Made by a program: the position numbers and the translations under genes. The notes beneath the pieces are model-generated. The model saw only the letters and a list, made by a program, of their open reading frames with translations, had not been told where the DNA came from and searched no databases. A DNA stretch of 63,040 nt, the filler included. It is 4 parts of 4 records of this genome, joined end to end, with 100 filler letters (N's around TTAATTAATTAA, not from the genome) between each part and the next. Parts side by side here need not be neighbours in the genome. Positions count along the whole stretch, not along the records: positions 14,581 to 40,774 come from DRR378314_303; positions 40,875 to 57,460 come from DRR378314_305; 2 more parts are not named here. One strand, given 5' to 3'. Shown piece by piece: positions 37,675 to 46,023 of the stretch; the stretch's first letter is position 1, and the number at the start of each line of letters is the position of its first letter.

Positions 37675-38133
37675 GTGAAAGATGAGCTCGTAGCTTTAGT
37701 ACCTTTTATCGGTATTCTTGGTGTGGTAGTTGGTGCTTTGCTACAAGGCTTCTTCAACCGGAAGAATCAGGTAGCAAGCAGTCTCTCTGAGCTGCAAAAC
37801 AAAGCCTATTCTGATTTTCTAAATTCTGTATCGAAAATAGCTGTGGCTCAGCGTAAAGATCAACGAACTGCAGTAACCGGGGAGCTTTCAAACTTAGCTG
37901 ACGCTAAATCGCGAATTTGTGTATACGGCCATGCAAGTGTGGTTCATCACCTAGCCGATTTCCTGAGAGCTGGGGGTACGCTGCAAACCGAACAAGAAAT
38001 TCTATCATTCACAAGGTTATGTCTCCAGATTCGTGGGTCTGTAGGTATGCACGATAAGGAGCTTTACTCTTCGGACATCTCCCAACTTCTGTTTAGTATT
38101 GATGTCAAAGATGTCAAAACACCAGGCGCCTAA
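37675..38133 (+). CDS. Cassette 1: hypothetical protein with N-terminal TM helix
   Basis: 152-aa ORF with GTG start and AAGGTG RBS; stop immediately precedes attC1. Confidence 0.75.
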   Translation: MKDELVALVPFIGILGVVVGALLQGFFNRKNQVASSLSELQNKAYSDFLNSVSKIAVAQRKDQRTAVTGELSNLADAKSRICVYGHASVVHHLADFLRAGGTLQTEQEILSFTRLCLQIRGSVGMHDKELYSSDISQLLFSIDVKDVKTPGA

Positions 38134-38218
38134 TGATAACAAATGCATCAAATTCGTTCCGGCCCTATGGGCCCCCACCGGGCGCCCTAGTCGGACACCG
38201 TTTATGCAAGCGTTATCT
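38134..38218 (+). repeat. attC site 1
   Basis: R'' TGATAAC and R' GTTATCT; L boxes TGCATCAAA/TTTATGCA with one extrahelical base. Confidence 0.88.
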
Positions 38219-38236
38219 GTAAAGTAGACACCGAAG

Positions 38237-39138
38237 ATGATTGTAGACCGACCAGCTCCTAAAGACTTCGAACGTCAAAGTATTCAGTACTTAATCCAGT
38301 CTATAGATCTAATTACCTCAAACGATCATAAAGATGAGGATATCGAAGATTATGAAGTGGATATGGCAGAGTGCTGGAAATATCATCAAGGAATTTTAAA
38401 TAATTCTTTAACTTTACTATTTTTAAGTCTAGAAAACTTAATCAAGAAAGAGATATGCAAAATCTCTCCTCTTATGCTTCTTGCGGACGAGCCCAAAAAG
38501 TGGGGAGGTCGCACATCTTCGAAGAAATTTAGTGAGCTTTTCATACTTCAATTTGATGATCTCTTAGCTCTCTATCAAGAACTAGGTTTGGGGAAAATAT
38601 CAGATCAAACAGCTAGCAAACTCGAAGATCTCAGGAAAAAGAGAAATCAGATTACGCATGGAGTTATTGAAGATAACATCACTCCTCAATATATATTGGA
38701 TATATTTTATACGCTTATGGTTCACATATGGGGTCCTGGTATATGGTGGACTCAACTTAAGGAACATATATTTAATGAACCATTGTTTGGGATCTACGAC
38801 TCAGACCATGAAAAAGCCAGCGTTACTACATATATTGAATTTTTTGTTTCTTATTTAGGAAATAAACGTACGGGAGAAATGCTGGGTCACAACCTCAAGC
38901 AGAGAAACTATTTCTCCCTGAATGTCATTACTGGCTTAATCACGAATGGGATGTAACAGATTCAAAGTATGCAATCCTTTCTCCAAATACACCTAGCTCG
39001 GAAACTTTATTCTGTGTCGTTTGTAGTGCATCACATAATGTCGAGCGAAAGAAGTGCCAAGAAGACGATTGCAAAGGAAACGTAATATGTATGGAGGGAC
39101 GATGTTTGACATGCTTCTCCGAGCAAGATTACAGATAA
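38237..39138 (+). pseudogene. Cassette 2: HEPN-like plus C-terminal Cys-rich Zn-ribbon protein, split by a 1-nt frameshift at about 38915
   Basis: RKKRNQITH (RxxxxH) motif. The alternative frame from 38917 reads PECHYW...CVVC...CQEDDC...CLTC to a TAA at 39136-39138 inside the attC2 R'' box. Confidence 0.75.
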
Positions 39139-39207
39139 CAAATCGATTAACTGCGCGCCTGCGGCGCCGGACGCAGCAGAGCTGCGCCGGTTATTGAGGC
39201 GTTATCC
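39133..39207 (+). repeat. attC site 2
   Basis: R'' AGATAAC and R' GTTATCC. TTACAGATAAC (39129-39139) is the exact reverse complement of the cassette start GTTATCTGTAA (38212-38222). Confidence 0.92.
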
Positions 39208-39232
39208 AATAAAAAATAGGATTTAGGATTAA

Positions 39233-40492
39233 ATGAGAACCAGAGAAATATTTACACCTGGACGATTCCCAACATGGACTTATGTCGATGATCACTTGAA
39301 GGACAAGGAAGATCAGCTGAGGGACACCATTGAAGATGGCTCAATGCTGGTATCAATATCTGGTCCCTCTAAATCAGGGAAGACAGTCTTCGTTGAGAAC
39401 GTATTGGGAAGGGAGAATTTAATTCAGGTAACCGGGGCTGGCGTGAAAACGCCCTCTGATCTATGGCTGCGAGTTTTCGACATCATAGGGACCCCTATTG
39501 AAAGGAGCTCCAATACTAGCTCAACGAAGTCGGGAACAATCGGTGGTAAGGTTGGAGGCGAAGGCGGAATTCTGGTCGCTAAAGCGAAGGGAGAAGCGTC
39601 GGCTTCGGCAAGTTATGAAAGTGGCCAAGTTGAGTTGGAAACGGCTGCGATTGATTTCTTGCAGCTACTAATCAGAGAATTGGCGGACACAGATTTCGTA
39701 GTCTTCATTGACGACTTTCACTACATAGAGCATTCAATCCAATCTGATTTGGCTGAGCAAATTAAAGAAGCGATCAGGCAAGGTGTAAAGTTTATCTGTG
39801 CTTCTGTGCCATACCATTCTGACGACGTCATTCGCAGCAATCCTGATTTGAGGGGCCGCTTTTTCTCAATAGACTTTGACTACTGGAATAGCGATTTTCT
39901 TAAGAAAATTGCTTACAAGGGGTTCGATAAAGCAAATATAGTCTATAGAAATGGCCTTGTAGATCGTCTTGCCGAGGAAGCAGCTGGTTCGCCCCAGTTA
40001 ATGCAATACCTATGTTTAAACGCTTGTCTTGAAAAAGGGATAAGGGACGTCCCAGATAGCCCTACCGACTTAATATACGAAAAGGAATTCTTCGACGAAA
40101 TCTGCCGCAGGACTGTCGCCTCGACAGACTATAGTTCGATAGCTGAGAAAATGTTAGATGGACCTAAAACACGAGGTTCAGATAGGAAAATCTATATATC
40201 AAAATTTGGGTGGCAAGGAGATGTGTATCGGTTTCTCCTTAAAGCATTATCGGTCGACCCTCCTCGGCTAAATTTTAGGTATCAGCCACTGGTCGACAGG
40301 ATTGGTTCGCTATGTGACGGTGTTTCTCCCAGTGGTTCCAGCATCACAAATGCCTGCTTCCATACAGCTAATATTGCAAACGATTCCGCTAACGACAATG
40401 TGGTCGAATGGGATGGGGAAAACGACGTTTTCGATATTCGGGACCCCTATCTGTTGTTCTACCTTCGGTGGTCGGAGATTGCGGATGGCTAA
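39233..40492 (+). CDS. Cassette 3: P-loop ATPase (AAA/STAND-like) of unknown function
   Basis: Walker A GPSKSGKT, Walker B VVFIDDFH, GSPQLMQ (STAND GxP-like); stop lies within R'' GGCTAAC. Confidence 0.8.
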   Translation: MRTREIFTPGRFPTWTYVDDHLKDKEDQLRDTIEDGSMLVSISGPSKSGKTVFVENVLGRENLIQVTGAGVKTPSDLWLRVFDIIGTPIERSSNTSSTKSGTIGGKVGGEGGILVAKAKGEASASASYESGQVELETAAIDFLQLLIRELADTDFVVFIDDFHYIEHSIQSDLAEQIKEAIRQGVKFICASVPYHSDDVIRSNPDLRGRFFSIDFDYWNSDFLKKIAYKGFDKANIVYRNGLVDRLAEEAAGSPQLMQYLCLNACLEKGIRDVPDSPTDLIYEKEFFDEICRRTVASTDYSSIAEKMLDGPKTRGSDRKIYISKFGWQGDVYRFLLKALSVDPPRLNFRYQPLVDRIGSLCDGVSPSGSSITNACFHTANIANDSANDNVVEWDGENDVFDIRDPYLLFYLRWSEIADG

Positions 40493-40513
40493 CCAGGGGC
40501 TGCAGCCGACCGG
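40487..40513 (+). repeat. Left half of attC site 3 (interrupted)
   Basis: GGCTAACCAGGGGCTGCAGCCGACC has the attC R''/L'' layout; no matching right half before the IS-like sequence begins. Confidence 0.65.
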
Positions 40514-40674
40514 TGCAGTTCCCCCAGTACAGTAGACACTGCTGGCCTATGATTGAAGCTGGGAGGAACGCCGTGAACAGCCAACGTTACACCCCGGAGT
40601 CCAAGGACGAGGCGGTTCGGGAGGTGCTGCAGCGGAAAAGCCATGATGCCGGCTGCTCATACAAGAACCAATGA
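40514..40674 (+). mobile_element. IS3-family left end with truncated orfA
   Basis: TG-initiated IR-like TGCAGTTCCCCCAGTACAGTAGACACT, GGAGG RBS, then GTG at 40573 giving (M)NSQRYTPESKDEAVREVLQR, like IS3 OrfA RYTPEFK.EAV. Confidence 0.7.
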
Positions 40675-40774
40675 TGCCGCCTCGAGCAATCAGGAAGATG
40701 TGGCTGAAAATATGGCCTAAATTGGTGGTAAAGCTTAATGGAGTTGTAATCCCCCCGAAAAGTAATCGAGGTTT

Positions 40775-40874
40775 NNNNNNNNNNNNNNNNNNNNNNNNNN
40801 NNNNNNNNNNNNNNNNNNTTAATTAATTAANNNNNNNNNNNNNNNNNNNNNNNNNNNNNNNNNNNNNNNNNNNN
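40775..40874. other. Artificial contig spacer
   Basis: N-run/TTAATTAATTAA/N-run. Confidence 0.98.
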
Positions 40875-40875
40875 C

Positions 40876-40968
40876 ACCAAGGCACGCTATCAGCGTCAGC
40901 TGGCCTCCGCTGTCAAGCAGGCCCGCTTCCTGGCGCTGCTGCCGTACGCCGACAGCCACGACAATTAA
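40876..40968 (+). CDS. rpsR: 30S ribosomal protein S18, 3' fragment
   Basis: Own translation [24 protein letters not shown]; directly upstream of rplI. Confidence 0.93.
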   Translation, partial: TKARYQRQLASAVKQARFLALLPYADSHDN

Positions 40969-40983
40969 GCCGAGGGGACCGTC

Positions 40984-41436
40984 ATGCAAGTGATCCTGCT
41001 GGAAACCATCAAGAACCTGGGTGACCTGGGCTCCGTGGTGGACGTTCGCCCCGGTTACGGCCGTAACTTCCTGATCCCGCAAGGCAAAGCCCTGCCGGCC
41101 ACGAAGAACAACCTGGCCGAAGTGGAAGAGCGTCGCGCGGAACTGGAAAAACAGGCCGCCGAGCTGCTGAGCGCCGCCGAAGCGCGCGCCGAGAAGCTGG
41201 CTGAAGCCACCATCACCGTGGGCGCCAAGTCCGGTGACGAAGGCAAGCTGTTCGGCTCCGTTGGCACCGCCAACATCGCCGACGCGATCAGCGAGCAGAC
41301 CGGCGTGGCCGTCGAGAAAGCGGAAGTGAAGCTGCCGCTGGGCGCGATCCGCCAGACCGGCGAGTACGAGATCGACCTGAGCCTGCACGCCGACGTGACC
41401 GTGACCATCAAACTGACCGTGGTGCCCCAGGAGTAA
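40984..41436 (+). CDS. rplI: 50S ribosomal protein L9
   Basis: [20 protein letters not shown] and GKLFGSV motifs. Confidence 0.98.
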   Translation: MQVILLETIKNLGDLGSVVDVRPGYGRNFLIPQGKALPATKNNLAEVEERRAELEKQAAELLSAAEARAEKLAEATITVGAKSGDEGKLFGSVGTANIADAISEQTGVAVEKAEVKLPLGAIRQTGEYEIDLSLHADVTVTIKLTVVPQE

Positions 41437-41536
41437 TCCCGGCCTGCGTAAGCGGTTTGCCCCCACGGGGGCACGGTGACAGAATCAGGGCACTGTCCGG
41501 CAACGGGCGGTGCCCTTTTCGTTTAACGGACCTGCC

Positions 41537-42928
41537 ATGAACGAACCCCTGAGTCTGGACGATCATCTCCCGGATAATCTGCGTATCCCGCCCCATTCCC
41601 AGGAGGCGGAGCAAGCCGTGCTGGGGGGGTTGCTGCTCAACAACGAAGCCTGGGACGAAGTGGCCGAGCGGGTCGGGCCCAAGGACTTCTACCGCAAGGA
41701 ACACCGGCTGATCTTCCAGGTGGTCGATCAACTGGTGGAAGAAGAGAAGCCCTGCGACCTGGTGACCGTGTCCCAGGCGCTCACCCACCGTGGCGAGCTG
41801 GACGACGTGGGCGGCATGACCTACCTGTCGGACCTGGCCCGTAACACGCCCAGCGCCGCCAACATCAACGCCTACGCGGACATCGTCCGTGAGCGCAGCA
41901 TCCTGCGCCAGCTGATCCAGGTGTCCCACGGCATCGCCGAGCAGTCCTTCAACCCCAAGGGCACGCCGTCGCTGGAAATTCTCGACGCGGCGGAGTCGGC
42001 GATTTTCGAAATCGCCGAGCAGCAAAAGAAGGGTAGCGGCCCGCAGGACATCAAAACGGTCCTGAAAAAAGCCGTCGACCGCATCGACGAGCTCTACAAG
42101 AACAAGAACTCGCTGACCGGTCTCACCACCGGCTTCGAGGAACTGGACAAGATGACCTCAGGGCTGCAGCCCTCGGACATGGTGGTGGTGGCCGGGCGGC
42201 CCTCCATGGGTAAAACCACCTTCGCCATGAACCTGTGCGAAAACGTGGCGCTCAAGGCGCACAAGCCGGTGCTGGTGTTCTCCATGGAGATGCCCGCCGA
42301 CGCCATCGTGATGCGGATGCTGTCCTCGCTGGGGCGCATCAACCAGACCTCGATCCGTTCCGGGCGCCTGGATCAGGACGACTGGCCGCGCATCACCTCG
42401 GCGATTCAGATGCTCAGCGAGCAGAAGTTCTTCATCGACGACACGCCGGCGCTGAGCCCCCTGGAACTGCGCACCCGGGCGCGACGAGTGGCGCGCGAGT
42501 GCGGCGGCCAGCTGGGCATGATCATGATCGATTACCTGCAGCTGATGCAGGTGCCCGGCGCCGACAGCCGTGTTAACGAGATCTCGGAGATTTCCCGCTC
42601 GCTGAAGGGCCTGGCCAAGGAATTGAACTGCCCGGTGGTGGCGCTCTCGCAGCTCAACCGCTCCCTGGAACAACGCCCCAACAAACGCCCGGTGATGTCC
42701 GACCTGCGGGAATCCGGGGCCATCGAGCAGGACGCCGACGTGATCATGTTCCTGTATCGGGACGAGGTCTATAACCAGGACACCACCGAAAAGGGCATCG
42801 GCGAAGTGATCATCGGCAAGCAGCGGAACGGCCCCATCGGCACCGTGCGCGTGGCGTTCCGGGGCGAGTACCTGCGCTTCGACGACCTGGCGCCGGAATA
42901 CTATCAGCAGTATGCCGGCGACGAGTAA
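41537..42928 (+). CDS. dnaB: Replicative DNA helicase
   Basis: PPHSQEAEQAVLG, GRPSMGKT, IDYLQLM and DLRESGAIEQDAD motifs; no intein. Confidence 0.98.
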   Translation: MNEPLSLDDHLPDNLRIPPHSQEAEQAVLGGLLLNNEAWDEVAERVGPKDFYRKEHRLIFQVVDQLVEEEKPCDLVTVSQALTHRGELDDVGGMTYLSDLARNTPSAANINAYADIVRERSILRQLIQVSHGIAEQSFNPKGTPSLEILDAAESAIFEIAEQQKKGSGPQDIKTVLKKAVDRIDELYKNKNSLTGLTTGFEELDKMTSGLQPSDMVVVAGRPSMGKTTFAMNLCENVALKAHKPVLVFSMEMPADAIVMRMLSSLGRINQTSIRSGRLDQDDWPRITSAIQMLSEQKFFIDDTPALSPLELRTRARRVARECGGQLGMIMIDYLQLMQVPGADSRVNEISEISRSLKGLAKELNCPVVALSQLNRSLEQRPNKRPVMSDLRESGAIEQDADVIMFLYRDEVYNQDTTEKGIGEVIIGKQRNGPIGTVRVAFRGEYLRFDDLAPEYYQQYAGDE

Positions 42929-42934
42929 CGGCGC

Positions 42935-44002
42935 ATGCGCGGTACCTTTCTGGAAATCCGCCCCCGGGCCCTGACCGACAACGCGCGCCGCGCCCGGGCG
43001 CTGGCCAACGGCGCCCGGGTGTTCGCCATGGTCAAGGCCAACGGCTACGGCCACGGCCTGGGCCTGGCGGCCCGCGCCTTCGCCAACGCCGTGGATGGCC
43101 TGGGCGTGGCGGTGATCGAAGAGGCCCAGGCGCTGCGCCATCTGGGGCTGGCCCACCCGGTGCTGGTGGCGGAGGGCTTCTTCGACGCCGACGAGCTGGC
43201 CCTCGCCTCGCGGCTGCATGCGGAAGTGGTGGTGCACTCGCCCTGGCAGGTGGACCTGCTGGCGGCGCGGCCGGCCCCGCTGGGGGTGTGGCTCAAGGTC
43301 AACACCGGCATGAACCGGCTCGGCATGGCGCCGGACCTGGCCCGGGCCCAGGCGGCGCGCCTGCGCGCCATCCCCGGGGTGCGGCTGCTCGGCGTGATGA
43401 GTCATTTCGCCTGCGCCGACGCCGAGGACGACACCTTCACCGACCACCAGCTGGCCATCGCCGACACCCTGGCCAAGGAGCTGAACGTGCCGCTCAGCGC
43501 CGCCAACTCCGCCGCGCTGATCCGCTACCCCGAGGCCCGCGCCCGGCGCGTGCGCCCCGGCATCATGCTCTACGGCTCCTCGCCGTTCCCCTGGCGCAGC
43601 GCCGCCGATCTGCAACTGGCGGTGACGCAGCGCTTCAGTGCCCGGCTGATCGCCATCAACCCGATTCAGGCCGGCGACACCGTCGGCTACGGCGCCACCT
43701 GGCGCGCCGACGCCCCGGGGCGCATTGGCGTGGTGGCGGTGGGCTACGGCGACGGCTACCCGCGCCACGCGCCCAGCGGCACCCCGGTGGCGGTGAACGG
43801 CCAGCGCACCCGCCTGGTGGGCCGGGTCTCCATGGACATGATCACCGTGGACCTGACCGGCCTGGATGCCCGGGTCGGCGACAGCGTGGAGCTGTGGGGC
43901 GACACCGTGGCCGTGGACGAAGTGGCCGCCGCCTGCGGTACCATCAGCTACGAGCTGTTCTGTCAGATCACCGGCCGGCCGGTACGAGTCATCGCCGAAT
44001 AA
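42935..44002 (+). CDS. alr: Alanine racemase
   Basis: MVKANGYGHG, SHFACAD, RPGIMLYG and GRVSMD motifs. Confidence 0.96.
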   Translation: MRGTFLEIRPRALTDNARRARALANGARVFAMVKANGYGHGLGLAARAFANAVDGLGVAVIEEAQALRHLGLAHPVLVAEGFFDADELALASRLHAEVVVHSPWQVDLLAARPAPLGVWLKVNTGMNRLGMAPDLARAQAARLRAIPGVRLLGVMSHFACADAEDDTFTDHQLAIADTLAKELNVPLSAANSAALIRYPEARARRVRPGIMLYGSSPFPWRSAADLQLAVTQRFSARLIAINPIQAGDTVGYGATWRADAPGRIGVVAVGYGDGYPRHAPSGTPVAVNGQRTRLVGRVSMDMITVDLTGLDARVGDSVELWGDTVAVDEVAAACGTISYELFCQITGRPVRVIAE

Positions 44003-44011
44003 GGAGCTTTC

Positions 44012-45376
44012 GTGGCGAAAAAGAAAACCGCGTTCGTCTGCAACGAGTGCGGCGCCGACTTCCCCAAGTGGCAGGGTCAGTGCCCGGCCTGCGGCGCCTG
44101 GAACACCCTGCAGGAATTCGTCGTCGATCCGGCCATGCCCAAGAGCCGCTCCGCGGAACGCAGCGGTTTCAGCGGCCAGCTCTCCGAAGTGCGCCAGCTC
44201 AACGAAATCGCCCTGGAAGACAGCCCCCGCATCAGTGCCGGCATGGACGAGCTGGACCGGGTGCTGGGCGGCGGCCTGGTGCCCGGCTCGGCGATCCTGC
44301 TGGGCGGCCACCCGGGGGCCGGTAAATCCACCCTGCTGCTACAGGTGTTGTGCCGGCTGGCGGACCGGGAAAAGTGCTTCTACATCACCGGCGAGGAATC
44401 CCTGGCCCAGGTGGCGATGCGCGCCGACCGCCTCAAGCTGCCCAAGGAAAAACTGCGCCTGGCGGCGGAAACCGACGTGGAGCAGATCCTCGAGCTGGCC
44501 CGCAAGGAGCAACCGCGGCTGCTGGTGGTGGACTCGATCCAGGTGATGTATTTGGCCGGGCTGCAGTCGGCGCCGGGCAGCGTCGCCCAGGTGCGCGAAG
44601 GCGCCGCCGCCCTGACCCGCTTCGCCAAGCAGACCGGCACGGTGCTGCTGCTGGTGGGCCACGTCACCAAGGACGGCACCCTGGCCGGCCCCAAGGTGCT
44701 GGAACACATGATCGACTGCTCGCTGATGCTGGAAGGCTCCGCCGACGCCCGCTTCCGCACCCTGCGCGGGCTCAAGAACCGCTTCGGCGCGGTCAACGAA
44801 CTGGGCGTGTTCGCGATGACCGGCGAGGGATTGAAAGAGGTGAAGAACCCCTCGGCGATCTTCCTCAACCGCGCCGACGACATCGCCCCCGGCTCGCTGG
44901 TGACGGTGGTCTGGGAAGGCACCCGGCCGCTGCTGGTGGAGCTGCAGGCGCTGGTGGACGCTAGCCACTTCGGTAATCCGCGGCGGGTGTGCGTGGGCCT
45001 GGAAGCGAACCGGCTGGCCATGCTGCTGGCGGTGCTGCACCGCCACGGCGGCATCCAGGTGGGCGACCAGGACGTGTTCGCCAATGTGGTGGGCGGCGTG
45101 AAAGTGGCGGAGACCGCCGCCGACCTGGCGCTGGTGCTGGCGATCGTGTCCAGCTTCCGCGACCGGCCCCTGGGCCGGGATCTGGTGGTGTTCGGCGAGA
45201 TCGGCCTGTCCGGCGAGATCCGCCCGGTGCCGCAGGGCCAGGAGCGCCTCTATGAAGCGGTCAAGCACGGCTTTAAACGTGCCATTATTCCCAAGGCCAA
45301 CAAGCCCCGTCAGTTGCCGGACGGCGTCGAAGTGATCGCCGTGAGCACCCTGGCGGAAGCCCTGGAGCAACTATGA
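44012..45376 (+). CDS. radA: DNA repair protein RadA/Sms
   Basis: CNEC...CPAC Zn finger, GHPGAGKS and KNRFG motifs. Confidence 0.97.
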   Translation: MAKKKTAFVCNECGADFPKWQGQCPACGAWNTLQEFVVDPAMPKSRSAERSGFSGQLSEVRQLNEIALEDSPRISAGMDELDRVLGGGLVPGSAILLGGHPGAGKSTLLLQVLCRLADREKCFYITGEESLAQVAMRADRLKLPKEKLRLAAETDVEQILELARKEQPRLLVVDSIQVMYLAGLQSAPGSVAQVREGAAALTRFAKQTGTVLLLVGHVTKDGTLAGPKVLEHMIDCSLMLEGSADARFRTLRGLKNRFGAVNELGVFAMTGEGLKEVKNPSAIFLNRADDIAPGSLVTVVWEGTRPLLVELQALVDASHFGNPRRVCVGLEANRLAMLLAVLHRHGGIQVGDQDVFANVVGGVKVAETAADLALVLAIVSSFRDRPLGRDLVVFGEIGLSGEIRPVPQGQERLYEAVKHGFKRAIIPKANKPRQLPDGVEVIAVSTLAEALEQL

Positions 45377-46023
45377 AAAAACAATTCGCGGTGATGGGGC
45401 TGGGCGGTTTCGGGGAATCCGTCGCCCGGGAACTAATGCGCCTCGGCCATGAAGTGCTGGGCGTGGACATTGATGAGAACAAGGCCAATCAGCTCGCCGA
45501 CCATCTCACCCAGACGGTGATCGCCGATGCCACCGACGATTCGGCGCTCAAGGAAATGGACCTGCACCGGTTCGACGCCACCCTGGTGGCGATCGGCGAA
45601 AACATCGAAGCCAGCATCCTTTGCACCATGCATTTGAAATCCCTGCATGCGAAGGAAGTCTGGGTCAAAGCGATTACGCCCACCCACCATAAAATCGCGG
45701 AAAAGCTGGGCGCGGACCGCATCTTCCACCCCGAGTACGAGATGGGGCTGCGGGTGGCGCAAACCATGGCGCACCCCAACATGCTGGACTACATCGCCCT
45801 GGGGGATAACTGCTTCGTGATCGAGGTACGCCCCGGGGAGGTACTGGAAGACCGGCCGTTTTCCGACCTGAAGATCGATCCCGAAAAGGTACGCCTGCTG
45901 GCGATAAAGCACGGCAACAGCGTGACCTTCCAGCCGACGCCGGATTACCGGCTGCGCCGTAACGATCATCTGGTTCTGCTGGGCGAAGAGAAAGCCCTGC
46001 GCCACTTTACCGAGCGCCTATGA
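45373..46023 (+). CDS. ktrA: Ktr/Trk potassium uptake NAD-binding (RCK) subunit
   Basis: GLGGFG Rossmann motif and GADRIFHPEYEMG. Confidence 0.85.
   Translation: MKKQFAVMGLGGFGESVARELMRLGHEVLGVDIDENKANQLADHLTQTVIADATDDSALKEMDLHRFDATLVAIGENIEASILCTMHLKSLHAKEVWVKAITPTHHKIAEKLGADRIFHPEYEMGLRVAQTMAHPNMLDYIALGDNCFVIEVRPGEVLEDRPFSDLKIDPEKVRLLAIKHGNSVTFQPTPDYRLRRNDHLVLLGEEKALRHFTERL

Larger units (their letters stand above)
37650..40513 (+). mobile_element. Integron gene-cassette array without adjacent integrase (three cassettes)
   Basis: Three co-oriented AT-rich ORFs, each followed by an attC-like palindrome; a candidate first recombination point G|TT lies at 37650. Only about 250 bp separate it from the ubiD start, leaving no room for intI. 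Confidence 0.85.

Noticed and set aside
38134-40513. CRISPR array or simple terminators between the AT-rich ORFs
   Set aside because: The palindromes are non-identical, gene-spaced and have AAC...GTT cores with extrahelical bases, which fits attC sites.
40730-40774. IS5-like VIPPKSNR fragment as a separate feature
   Set aside because: It is too short and cut by the gap, and could instead be an IS end; it is mentioned only within a finding.
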